From assembly GCF_009834535.1 (NCBI RefSeq), contig NC_045707.1, positions 52,020,001-52,084,000 of the forward strand: DNA of 64,000 nucleotides, read 5' to 3'. Position numbers and translations under genes: made by a program. The DNA is from Camelus ferus (Eukaryota). Positions 51,767-64,000 of this stretch are shown here, piece by piece (position 1 is the stretch's first letter; the number at the start of each line of letters is the position of its first letter). Below the pieces are notes generated by a model. That model saw only the letters and a program-made list of their open reading frames with translations, did no database searches and was not told the origin of the DNA.

Positions 51767-52465
51767 CATGTCAGTTATCACTTTATTGCCTCTCAGCTCC
51801 AAATTCATTCTGCATTACCTGATCTGTGAAAATTATCTGGGGCTTTTAATGTTTTTTCAAGTTGGAATGATTTTAAGTTTTGCCAGTAGAGGGTGTTGAG
51901 TAGACATTTCTAGAAAAAAAGAATTTTGCTTCCTTGTTCTGATATGCTAGCTTAGGTGGCTTCTTCATCACTCAATCTTGCAGTACAAAACAACCAGCAT
52001 TTTCCTTGGCATACTTCCTTAGGTAGTTTTGTAGCAGTGTGCCTCAGTGAGACACGGTCAACAGTTTTCTCAGCATCTTACATAATGTATTTCCAGCAAG
52101 TTCTACAGTACCATAGTAACTTCTCCACCAATCAATGAGTCAGAACCATGCCCTCCAACAAGTCTATGTGTCAGCCCAGGACGGAAGGTTGGGGGTGGGG
52201 GAAGGAGCTGGGTTTCTTCCTTGGGACTGTTTTTATCTTAGCCCTAGTGCTATTTATTTATTTATTTATTTATTATTATTTTGTTTTTGTAGATACTTCT
52301 TGCATCCACTATTCCTATATTCTTTATAATTATCTTTAAATTTTACTAGCCTATTCCCCATCATTGTATCTCAGTATTACAGTTAATACTTCTGCATATT
52401 ATATTAAACTTCCCCTGTTCAAATTGCTGTGTAATTTCACTCTCCTGGTTATGTCCAGACTTTAT
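51767..52465 (+). mobile_element. ERVL LTR, LTR41-like
   Basis: ttgcctctcagctccaaattca...aagttttgccagtagagggtgttg...attaaacttcccctgttcaaatt.ctgtgt.atttc.ctctcctg. Confidence 0.72.
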
Positions 52466-52834
52466 GGATAACTATAATAATCTAGTCCTCCAATTTCCTT
52501 TCCTTCCCACTTTGATTTATTTTCTCCCTCCAGCTGGAAAAACCCAGTGAAGTTGATACAACTCAGTAGTTTGTATCTCTTCTCTGGCATTCTGGGAAGA
52601 TTTCCACCTTACTTTCAAATGCCTGTCCTTTGCCCATGTACCCTCCATCTAGCTAATAATTACCATGGTCACCAAACTAGGCACTGGGATTCAACAATGA
52701 AAAGAATGAAGTCCTTGCCTTTATGAAGCTTACATTCTCATGGATAAAAAGGTCCACAAACAAATGTAGATGTATATGTTGAAGGGGGAAAAAAAAGGCT
52801 ATGGAAAAAAAAGTGAAGCAGAGTAGAGGAGGTG

Positions 52835-53170
52835 TGTCACTGAAAACAAGATAGGTTATACTGTGATATCAATCAAACCCCACATCTCAGAGGTTTACTA
52901 CAATAAAAGTTTAATTTTAGTTAACACTGCATGTCAATCACAAGTCAGGCATAGCTCTTTTCCATGTTGTCTTCCATCGGGGGTCCAGGTTGACAGAGCA
53001 GCTTCTGTGAAGACCATTATAGGCATCCAGGCAGAGGGAAATGTGATGGGAACAACAATATGAAGATGCTGAAAGCGTCTGCCTAGAAGAACACGTCACT
53101 GATCTTTACATATTATTGGACAAAGCAAGTCGTGTGTTCCAACCTAAAGCCAACTGGGCAATAATTTATA
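52835..53170 (-). mobile_element. Old MaLR LTR (MLT1J/L-like)
   Basis: ataggttatactgtgata..aaaccccacatctcag...tccaggttgacagagcagc...cattattggacaaagcaagtc. Confidence 0.65.
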
Positions 53171-53859
53171 ATCTTCCTGGGATAGTGAGTAACTGTAAAC
53201 AAAAATGCAACCTAACACAGGTGATAAGGAAAATCCTTTATGAGAAAGTAATGTTTGATCAGTAAGACCTGAAAGAAGTAAAAAGGGAGCTAAGAGGATA
53301 TGTAGGGGCAGATCACTCCGTAACAGGCACAGAATGACTATTTTTACTCTTTTTGTTTCAAGTAAAAACACTCTAAGTACAGTAAAATGAGTCTTTGAAT
53401 AGTAATTCTCTTGACAGTAATTGCTGTGATATGTCATGCCATGTATAGTTAGCATGTGAAGAAAATGAATCAGGCGCATTTCCTAATAATAATTATCTTA
53501 GTGAATGATGATTCAAATAGACAAGAGGATAGGATCTTCCTTAAGTGCTTCTCTCTCTTGAAACTTAATGAAAGTTTTGTGTTTTAAACAAAACATCCTC
53601 AGTGTAGGTTTCTTTGGTGAAACACTTGTTCAGATCTGATTTTGCCACCAAGGAGGTCTTATTCAAATCCTTGTCATTTAATTGATCCCTTTGTAAAATG
53701 ACTTCTTCTGATTATGTAGAGCTGAAATGTATGAATCAGTATAAATTGAATCTGATATTATACAAACATTAAACTGTGTATAAATACTTAAATGAAAACA
53801 ATTTATATATGTAGCTATGTAATCTCATTTTTGACACATTAATATTCCACTTTGGTTAT

Positions 53860-54490
53860 GTGAATAAATGTGATCTTTCATTAATTTACATATTCTATCT
53901 TCCAAGCTTTTTCATGGCAGAGATTATTTTTAACAATTATTTCTGATTTTAAAAGTAAGCTACATATTTCATAGAATATTTTAATCCTGTATAGTTTATA
54001 TAGGATTACCTGCAATCATAGCAATCTACAAATCTGGGGAATTACACTTTATAGGTTATTATGTGCTCTTATTTTTATGAAAATCTTGATGCTCTTTCAG
54101 TGATAATATTTCACCATATTTTAATTTTATTTGTTGTATTAGAATTCTTCTGAGATTATGCTTTCAGTTATATTTTTCTGTATTTCTGTATTTCCATTCA
54201 GTAAGTACTAATGTAGCATTGTTCATAGCATTCTCATATTTTTTAATTGCTCCCATTCTGGTTACAACTGCTTTCATTCCAAATTTCATAAACTTGTTTT
54301 CTCTCTTGATTAGAATTGTCAGCAGCTTATAAATTTAATAGGTTTTAAAGAACAAAACCTTGATTTTGTTTGTCAGTCTCATAGTTATCCAGTTTGCTCT
54401 GCAATTAATTTCTGCTTTTAACTTTCTACTAATTTTCTTGTTTGTTCGTGTTTGTTTCTTTTCTGTATCCTCAAGTTAGATGCTTGGGAG
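53860..54490 (-). mobile_element. Old L1 fragments
   Basis: T-rich; ttgttcatagcattctcat, ttttaaagaacaaaaccttgatttt, attaatttctgctttta. Confidence 0.55.
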
Positions 54491-56214
54491 TGCTAACTGA
54501 AGTCCCCAAGACTTTTCATTGCCCCTCCCTCACTTTCACTGTTTTATCCCTTTCAATAGTATTGAGAAGGTAGTACTTTTCCTTACGGTCATACAGCCAA
54601 TTCTTTTTATTATCAGTGATTTCAGCATAAGAGAGTAATACAAGAGTGGTACAGGGCGGGGCCAGTTACTTTCGCTCTACCTGTTATATTCTTTTAACTC
54701 AAAATTTCATCTTTTGTTTCATGCAGATTCCTTGTAGTCTTTTTCAACATTTTGATATGTATTCCCGTATTCCCTCTTTACTTAATCTTTGCCCTCCTTT
54801 CGTTCATGAATTCTCAAAATGAGAATATAGCAATTCAATTTACATGAAAAGTTGATAGGTGGGATTATGGGATTTCTCTTTGAAGTCTCTCTCTCACTTT
54901 CTCTTTCTAAACACACACACATGCATATATATATATTTTTCAGAATACTAAAATCAGTAGTGTTTTCTGGTGCTATGTGGTTCCAAACTGGTTAAAATAG
55001 ACATACTTAAAAATATTTGCAGATACTGAAATTAAAAAGAAAAAAACAAACATAATTTAAAGTGTGATCCTATATCTTTACTGAAGCTTTGTTTATGTGA
55101 AAATAAATTAATGAGGAGGATGTTAATTAAACTTTCAGGTATTGAATTTGACAAGCAAAGTCATCCTTGGCTAATAGCACACTTAACCTGAGTATCAAAA
55201 GACGTACATGCTCTGTTACTCCACAAAAAACCACAAGATTTCAGCCTATTCTCAACTTGTAAAGTATTTTTCACCCTCAAGTGTACTCCTGAAATGTTTT
55301 CTGAAATTTTTCTGTCAATTTTGAATATTAAATCAAGGAAATCATAAAATGTAGTGAAAAATTCCAGTACACATGTCTGAAATATTCCAGTTTAGGAACA
55401 CTATCTTCATGTGTCTTGTTTTAATGCTTTTTGTGAGTTAGCCAAGAATATGTTTCAGAAATAAGGCATAGGGGTTTAGAAAGAAGCACAGCCACAGATT
55501 TCTTAGCATCTCAAGTCTCCAGTATCTCTTGTTTGTTGACAGCTGAATAAACCTTCCAAATATGCAAATTAGGCATAAGCTTTTGCTTCTGTTAAAATGC
55601 TTCTATAGTTAAATATACTCACTTTCTTCATGTTGAAATAATCTTCTGACTCATTTTCAAAAGTATGTATGTCAATAAACTTGTCTGTAATATATTATGA
55701 TTGACCACAAAAGGTTATTACTTTTTTATTAAGACTCTAAGTACTTCTAATGATCTGCCTGATAAGATGATCTAGAATCCACACTAACGGGGCCGCACTG
55801 TCCTCCTGTAGCTCTTTTCCAGATTGCTTCTATAAGCAATGGAAGGCCACCCTTGTATTTCCTTCTTTTAGCCTACTCCTGGACAGCACACAGAATGAGC
55901 TGCATAAGAGGAAAGGGCGAAGTCTGATGTTGCTTATGGTCTAATGCTGAGCTTTGTGCCCAAACCATAATAGAGGAACAGAAAATATTTGTTAAGTGAA
56001 TATTGACTCTTAACCTCCTTGCATTGTTTTGTACTCAGCATTAATTTTTTTTATCTCCTTCTTCCCTAATTTTTTCATCCTCAGTACGTACTGAATACAG
56101 TAGTAACTACCATTGATTTAATGATGTCTCTGTGTATGTGTTGTGTATGTGCATGTATGTGTGTGTAATCACCAATCCTTAACAAAGTTTATATTTCTCC
56201 AGATTTCCTTGCTA

Positions 56215-56355
56215 CGTTTATGTATCCCCAGATACTCTTATGAAGAAACCTTCAGTGATGGCAAATGATTTCTCCCAAGTCACACAACTGTTGAGAATCA
56301 GAGCCAGAATTAAAACTCAGTTCTACTTGTCTGAGTTTTTCCACTGCCCTCTGCT
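56215..56355 (-). mobile_element. MIR SINE fragment
   Basis: atgaagaaac...aatgatttctcccaagtcacacaact...cagagccagaatt.aaactcag. Confidence 0.6.
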
Positions 56356-58248
56356 TCTAAAACTTTCCAACTCAAGTACCAGCAATAACAGAGGACACTT
56401 ATGTTACTTCACTGTTTAATAAAAAATAGCAGAGTTAGGACTTGTAACCAAGCAATATGACTTTAGAATTTGTTGTTTTAACTATTTCTCCTTAAATTCA
56501 GAGGGTGAATACAAGCATGCAGAATCCTGTGAAAGTAGGTTGTTTAATGTTCTACCTACAGTACAGTGAACCAAGTCACATATTCTTCCACTTCCCCTTT
56601 AGGAGCAGGTTTGAGGAATATTAGGCAAAATAAGTTTGGCTGAACAAAGTCTTGTGTTATAGAACATGGCATTCCTGTCGTGAGAATGAAGTTACATTGT
56701 GGTGCATAATGGTCTGTGTGAAAGAAGGAATAAGAAAGCCTCTGTACTGAGTTCTAGAGAGGAACACTGAAGAAGAAAAGATTTAGAAGGCAAAGGATTT
56801 GCAATGTGCAGTATCTTTGGTCTCTTTATGAAATGTGTGGCAAAACCTACCTTATTCACCAGAGCTTTTGAAGTTAAATGGGCCTGGAGGGGGAAAAGCC
56901 AGAAAAGCATTTAAGAACTGAGTAGTAGTATAAGATGTGTGCAGGTCAAAAGCAAAAGCCGCCAACATGGGCACAGTCACATACTTATTACCTTTTCATA
57001 TACTTAATGCAAAAGTTTACTTACTTTACATAATTTATCCTGCCTCCCTCAAAAACGTCAACCAACTGATGATCTTAAAAGATGTTTCCTCTTTATCTGA
57101 GGGTTTTCCTATCTCCATTGCAAAACTCACCCAGAATGTAATGCAGCATTTTTAATAAACATTCCAGAGAAACAGTCAGAGGACATATCAATATATCATT
57201 TTAAGGATTAAAAAAATAGACACAGGGAAATAAGGTTTTGCCCCCAAATATGTAGCTAAAATGACATTTCTGGATAAGAGTTCAGGGTTCTCAATCCATG
57301 TTACTGTAGCTAAAAGAAAGAAAGCTTCCACGAAGACGCCAGGCAGGAAGATATGTAACTACAGTAATTTGAAAAGCTATCCTGCTTGATTCTGATCTCA
57401 AAATCCAAATGGAGAATTTCCTTTTCCTTTTAAACACCTGAAGTGTAGAACTAAAACCTCTTGGATTGAAATAAGAGATAGTTTCTGGTACATAGATTAT
57501 ACTTTTTTTATTTTAATAAATTCTGTTTATCCACCACTTTGAAAAAGAAAACTGATTTCCATTGCTTAAAGAAAACCCTCAAACTTACTTTCCGTTAGAT
57601 TCTAACCTCTACATTAGGTTTTTTCGATCTTTCTCACATCAGCCACAATTTGTAGACTTGACTCTCCTTGTCTGATGCAATCAGCATAAATGAAATGGAG
57701 AGTTGAAAGGTCAATACCTTTCTAACCCAGAAAACACTATCTCATTTTTACTTTCTCCAATTTCTCTGAAGCCATAAGTCTTTGTTCAACAGTGATTAGA
57801 AATTCAGAATCATATTGGTTTTAAAAGTATAGGCATTTTCCTGTTTAATGCTCTCTAACATCACCGTTTTTCTTGTATTGTGGCAAAAATGGCAACTTAG
57901 TCTAATTTGTATGATATTAGTTTGGTTTTATTTTTTATTTAAAAACTTGCATTTTTTATTCAAACAAAATTTACCATTGTATTATAATTCAAAAAACCTT
58001 GTAATGGGAAAGATTGCCCATTAAAATTAATAAAACATTTTCTATTTTACTGTATTAAAATATATTTCTAAATATGTTTTATACTTGCTAATATGTATAC
58101 CCTGAGTAGAATCTTTGAGTGTCTGAAAAAAATATTCAATTAAATATTGATAAAATCTCTGGTATGACTGCTCCTGCCAACCTAGGATTTTTATTATTGT
58201 TATAAAGGAAAAATACGCAGAGAAAGATTACAGCAGGTGATTATTCCC

Positions 58249-58670
58249 TGGCAGAGATATTTATTTCTCACCAATCGTTATCTTTCTTCCTTGCAGTAAC
58301 AGAATGCTTCACACCTAGGTTTTAGAGGTCCCATGGCTAAAGCTAAAAGACCTTCCATACTTATAGTTAGGTGCCGCCTCATGATGAAACTCTGCTACGG
58401 GGATGTAAGTGGCTGTGATGTGTGCAACTTCCATGTTATTTCCATAAAATAAAACTGCTACTCATTTATTTTATTCTTTATTCCTTTCCACTGGCTGTGC
58501 AGTGGAGACTCTCCTGTAACCACTGCCTTTGCCCACAGTGGGAAAACTCTTCTTGAGGAGAGAAGTTGCTGCCGACTCAATTCCCCAGGTGAAGAGGAAG
58601 TAGCACTGCCCTTGACTACTTGCCTACCTGGCAAACTGTGTGACAGAGAAACAGACTTCTCCATCACTTA
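58249..58670 (+). mobile_element. Old MaLR LTR (MLT1I/J-like)
   Basis: ttcttccttgcagtaacagaa...agttaggtg...gatgtaagtggctgtgatgtgtgcaacttcc. Confidence 0.6.
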
Positions 58671-61600
58671 AGGTGCATACACTGAACACTCAGTATTACA
58701 AATGAAAATGGTCATATTGCAAATGATGAAGTTAAGTGTTATAATATTCTTTTGTCTGTAAAATAATTCTGTACATTCTGCAAGCAAAACATCATTGAAC
58801 TTCTACTTAAAATGTCAACAATCATAAGCAACAATTCATATATATAACCTTTATCTCTCTAGAAAAGGGTAATTGGGAGTACTCAAAAATGACATAAACT
58901 CAGGTGTGGTTACCTTTGTTAATGCAATATTATAATAATGAATATTTGTACTATAAAATGTTAGCTATCCATTCAAATGAATTTAAGTAAGATTAGGAAT
59001 ATATTATAAAATGAGGAATATAAAGGAATTAATTTCAAGAAATACAGTGTGGCCACAGTATATGGGTAAGCTTGCAGTCTCTCCATCTCTTTGTGGGGCT
59101 TTAAGTCTTTTCATCTCATCTTTATGTTTGTTCAGTTTTTTCTCTTTGAAGAGCTGGTTTCTTATGGTGTTTCATTTTTGTTTTCCAAAATTTTTACTTA
59201 ACTGGTCATTGTTTTAGACATCACGGGTACCAACAATAATGCCAGTAGTATGACACTCAGTACTGATTTCCACATCTGACTGCTTCATTCTCCATCAGAA
59301 TTACAAACTCCAGGAAGAAAAACAAATGTCCAGACTGAATCAAGTGTTCATTCCAAGCCTCTCAATCCTCTCCCTTGTCTAAAACTATATAGGAGTTTCA
59401 GTGTGTGTATTCTGTCCAGGGAGAGAGCAGTTGGAATCTCCAGTGAGAAACTAGAAAAAAAAAAATCATATGGGATACAGGCATTTTTTTAGTTAACTTT
59501 TAGGTGTTCTGAAGTGTAAAATGAATGTCTTTAGGACAAAGGAGTACATACATGGGTTTAATTACTTCTATCCACAATCATTATTAAAGAATTAGGTTTG
59601 CGTTTCTCCAATATTCATTATCATTGTACTAATTATAATCACCTGAAACTTGAAAGAGACTGGAGGAAGAGGTAGTAGTTACTATAAAGGTGAGCACTGC
59701 AATAGTTTGCAAAAAAGTACTTATTAAGGAGTTCCAACTATCTGAACATATTTAAATAATAATCATGTATGTCTTGAAACAACTATCCTGGCTTGACCTT
59801 TCTGATAAGCTCATCTTCACCCATTTTTACCCAATCATTAAGTCACAATCTCAAACAGATTTTTATATTTTTAGAATTTTACTTGATTTACTGTATCGAC
59901 TTAAAAAAAAAAAACCTTAACATATTTTCTTTAATTCATATTATTCTTCTTATATGATCCTAAATCACTCAGCTTTTATGCTGTCCCATAATTAAACACT
60001 TATCTACTCATTAACCTAAATGAAATCTGTGACTTTATTTAACACCTATTTACCATCTAAGAAAAAGTGGGATCATTAAACAAAGTTTCTAGTTGCTGGG
60101 CTCGAAAGTTGTTCTTGTAGGACTATTTTTTTTTTTTTTTTTACAATATTATACATCCTGTGGGGAGGGAAATAAATCATCAAATAATATTATTTATTTT
60201 TTTCTTCTCATAGTTATTGTATCTACTTGTAAGAATTAAGCAAGCCCATACCTGAGATGAATTTTAAATTGTCAATTAAAAATGTTATTCCAAAATATAA
60301 TAGAGTTAGGTATTATATGAATCTTTGAAATTAAACAATTTCATGAGGACATTAGTGACTGAAACTTAACTGTGGATTTTTTTTTCATTTGTTTGACTTG
60401 TTTAGTATGTGCCTATATGTGATGTTTAGCTATTTTTGATACTGGATCTACCTATGATTGTTTAGATAAATAGTTGTACAATTAGATGAATTCTGGTCTC
60501 AATTACCTTAACATTTCCTTTGCTTAATATACCATGAAGAAGAATCCTGTGCTTCCTCAATAGATCGTAGTAATATAGATGGGTTGGGACTTTTTTCTAA
60601 GGTAGATAGCACACAAAATATATTACCCCTTAACACATCTTAATATTCCATATAATTAGAATGTTAAATGCCACCAACTACACTTTATAAATTACAGCTA
60701 ATGCACATCTCACCAAAGAGTTGCTCACCTGCAGAGAAGCCATCATATTTAAAGCCCATTTCCAAGTCTTCTTATGCCCTCAAGGATACGAGGCTAAAGT
60801 AATGATACTATTGGAACTGCACATAATCAGCTTCCTATAAAAACATGTAGTCCTGATTCCATTTATGTTAATTCATTGCAGCAGGACTGTACATTTCAAT
60901 CACCAGAAGGTTCAATACCTTTCGGAAGCCCCTTGGCAGCACACAGGCAGGCCCCATGAAAGTATTTAGCAAATCCTTTTGTGAAGCATGAGGGGTTTAA
61001 AGCAGTAATAAACCAATTCCTTTACATTGATAAATTCCTCTTAAGTCAATGAGGGCTTTGAGGGACTGAAGACTGAGGATTTTTCTTCCCCAGTTCACTC
61101 TTCAGAAGAATCTCAAATAATGTATAATAATACAGGCATCCATTTTCAACGTCTGGAGCCACTGGAGGGCAAGAGGATCATAATTCACAGTGAAACAACA
61201 GTTTAAATCAGAGCCGCCCAATTTCAGTCCCTTAGAAATGCTAGTGGTACTTTTTCTACAGCATTTTGTATTTAAATGTGTCACTGCTGCATTTCTGTAC
61301 ACTTAATAGAGCATTCGAGACACATTTGTTGTGATGTTACGGAAAGCAGTGCATGCAATGTTTTTGCTTTATCGGTGAAGCTCCTTTTGTAATAAAAAGG
61401 TTGATTTTTAAGTCCACAGCAGAGTCTGTAGCATAAAATTCTGCTGAAGCAGAAGTACAATTACATTGGACACCCCCAAAAAATAAACTTGGTAGAAATA
61501 TAAGCTTAGTCTGAATATTAACATGCTTTCTGACATAATTTTGTTGCAGAGTTAAGTGGAGAATTTACTCAATTTTTTTTTCTTTTTCCAAACACAAAGC

Positions 61601-63337
61601 CGTTTATTAGTGGCTAACATACCCAATGTTGTCAGAGAAATATATTCTGAGGGGAGCAGCTATTATAAAATATAGAATACCATGAAAAAGTATATTAAAG
61701 TTTATAACTCCAAAAGCATGACTTAATTAAGAATTGTAGTCTGCAGCAGTTATGTAGCAAACCTTGACTTTTTTCAATTTTCCAGACTGATGGTGCATTG
61801 CAGGAGAGAAGGTCTGGCAAGGGTTGTCCTACTGACTTTGAAATTCTTACAGTATTGTCAATATTTTAAAATATTTTAAATATCCCAATTTTGAAAAATA
61901 GTATAGTGTTAAAATACATGATCCACAATATATTAGGTAGAAATTTTGATGTATGTAAATTATCAACACCCTTAGATGTATTATTAATCTGTTGCTCTAT
62001 CATAGGACCTTCTGTTCAGTGTTTTAAAAGAATCTATAAAATAATGGCCATTACATTTAAATGAGATCAGATTTCCAGTTAAATATCACTACTTCCTTTA
62101 GTCTGGTTCTTGGTCAAGGATAAGCTTAAAGATATCCAATTTAATTTTATGTTCAAAGTACATGTTCTTGGGTGGGTTCACAACGTCTACAAGCTTTGCT
62201 CTCTTCTAAAGGAAAAGTGATATATAGCATATATATCTGCACCCATATAGCATATGTAAATCTGTATCTATGCACCTACACATATTCTATTGAGATTTTA
62301 GATTTTGTCCAATATTGCATAACTCAATTTAAAATAATTGTCTAAATTCTAAATAAGTTGGTTGAGTTCAAAATATGTCTTATAAACACCCATTACATAA
62401 GAGATTTTCTGTTAATAACTAGAAATAAAATGCTCAATGATGTTTGCCCCTCCCATCAAGACCTTAGAGCTTATTGAGTAAACAGAATCTCTAAATAGAT
62501 TATTTCAAGAAAGTAAAAAACTAATATAATAAAGGTAATTCCTGAGTGTTTGGGACACTCAAAGCAGTCTGAAATATAGTTTTCTCGAGGAAATAACTCT
62601 CTTGTTGCCTCTCAAAAGATGCTTAGATGTAAATATTAGAAACATGAAGAGCAAGTAGGTATTTAGAAAAGGCCACCTAATAGAAATCAGTTGTTTTTAT
62701 TGTTATAAAACTGAAAATTGAAAAAGTTACATCTGTTAATTTCCTGTAAAAGTACAGCAAGACTTACCATAGAAAGGCCCCCCCAAAACCATTGTAATGC
62801 ATTAAAAAAAAGTACTCAGTGAAATCAAGGACTACACATTTATGAGTATACATAGGGGAAAAAAATAACTAAATTTAACGAACATCTGATGTTTTTACAA
62901 CTTGTAGTTTATTTACCCTTTATCTAGTAAAATAGTGTTTATTGTTCTGGGTAAACATATGCATTACGTGGGGACAGTAACTCAACTCAAATTGTAACAT
63001 GTGAAGATAATCAGTGCATCTTATAGTCAATTAAACTCAAGTAGAATTGTATAGGAATCCTAGAAAATACACTCTTAAAGGCAGGCACAGACTTAATTTA
63101 AAATTACAGAACTGAGACAGAATTTAAAATGGCAGAACTGAGAAAAGAGAAAAATCAGTTCCCAATGATCAGTATCATTTAAAACCTTGATAAATTTGCA
63201 TAAAAACCTAGTTGTCTCTGGATTTATAAATTTTGTAAAGCAAAAAATCCCCTGGTTCCTTGAGAGAGTGTGGTTTAAGTTTGACTTGTTTTAATTTTAA
63301 AATATCCTATTGATGATACATGAAATAATCAAAGAAG

Positions 63338-63808
63338 TATCAGTTAGTTTTTGCTGCACAAAAAACATCCAAAATTTAATACTTGAGAAGAATTTGTTGC
63401 TCTTGATGATTCTTTGGGTGACTGGATAGTCTATCTCTGTTCTCGCCTGAGCTCACTTGGGGACGACAGTCCCCTGGGGAGCCAGCAGGGACCAGTCTCA
63501 GCTGACCCAGTTGGCATGTTTTTCTACACATCTCTCACCTTTCATAAAGCTAGTTTGTGCCTAATCACACCATTGTCCCAGGGTTGTCAAGAGCGAAAGA
63601 GAGCAAGCCTCCGTGAGCAAGGGTTCTGAAAAGCTTTGCTTGTGTCACCTTGGCTAAATTCCCACCGACCAAACAAATCTGCATGGTCAAGTCCAGATAT
63701 GAGGGGTAGAGATACACACTTCACCTCTTGATTGCAGAAGTTGCAAAGTCGTATTGCAAAGAGTGTAAATACAGGGATGGAAGAAATATGTAACATTTTT
63801 GCAATCTA
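63338..63808 (-). mobile_element. MaLR LTR (MLT1G/H-like)
   Basis: gtatcagttagtttttgctgcacaaaaaacatccaaaatttaat...cttcacctcttgat...gcaaagtc.tattgcaaagag...tttttgcaatct. Confidence 0.75.
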
Positions 63809-64000
63809 GTTTAGTGGGTTTTAGGGTAAATAACAGAGTGAAAAAGAGAAAATATTTGCAGAAGGTAAAAGAATGTAGAATATAAAATGGCCAGGGCTGC
63901 ATAAAATGTGTCATTAGATCAACTCACAACATTAAAAAATAGAAATGAGATGCATTTATTGGTATCCTATAAGAGTTCCTTTTTTTCAAGAGTATTTGTG

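Noticed and set aside
54654..54663. Isolated GC-box (GGGCGGGGCC)
   Set aside because: A single motif in AT-rich surroundings with no other promoter features.
1..64000. A novel multi-gene system, CRISPR array or prokaryote-style operon
   Set aside because: The DNA is mammalian and repeat-rich. There are no long ORFs (maximum 141 aa), no regularly spaced repeat-spacer array and no gene cluster.

Overview
AT-rich, CpG-depleted mammalian non-coding DNA (intergenic or deep intronic). It is most likely from a camelid (alpaca, llama or camel), because it carries a vic-1-type tRNA-derived SINE with target-site duplications and I saw no Alu, B1/B2, BovB/Bov-tA, PRE-1 or Can-SINE elements. I can support no intact protein-coding gene, rRNA, true tRNA gene, CpG island or CRISPR array. 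The ORF track is essentially chance ORFs, apart from two LINE-1 ORF2 fragments. The only clearly gene-derived sequence is a 5'-truncated, disabled processed pseudogene of polyubiquitin B (UBB) at about 15.7-16.0 kb, which the ORF track misses. Much of the rest is interspersed repeats: young L1 fragments, old L1/L2/MIR/CR1, MaLR, ERVL and ERV1 solo LTRs, and hAT MER elements. Between them lie several repeat-poor stretches that may hold conserved regulatory elements or lncRNA exons. I did not find a convincing undescribed biological system. The best leads are atypical L1 insertions, odd junctions around the UBB retrocopy, a 33-nt exon-like segment overlapping PBX-HOX/MEIS motifs, and a triple TGACAG cluster. 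Repeat family names come from recalled consensus sequences, not from a database search, and boundaries of old repeats are approximate.
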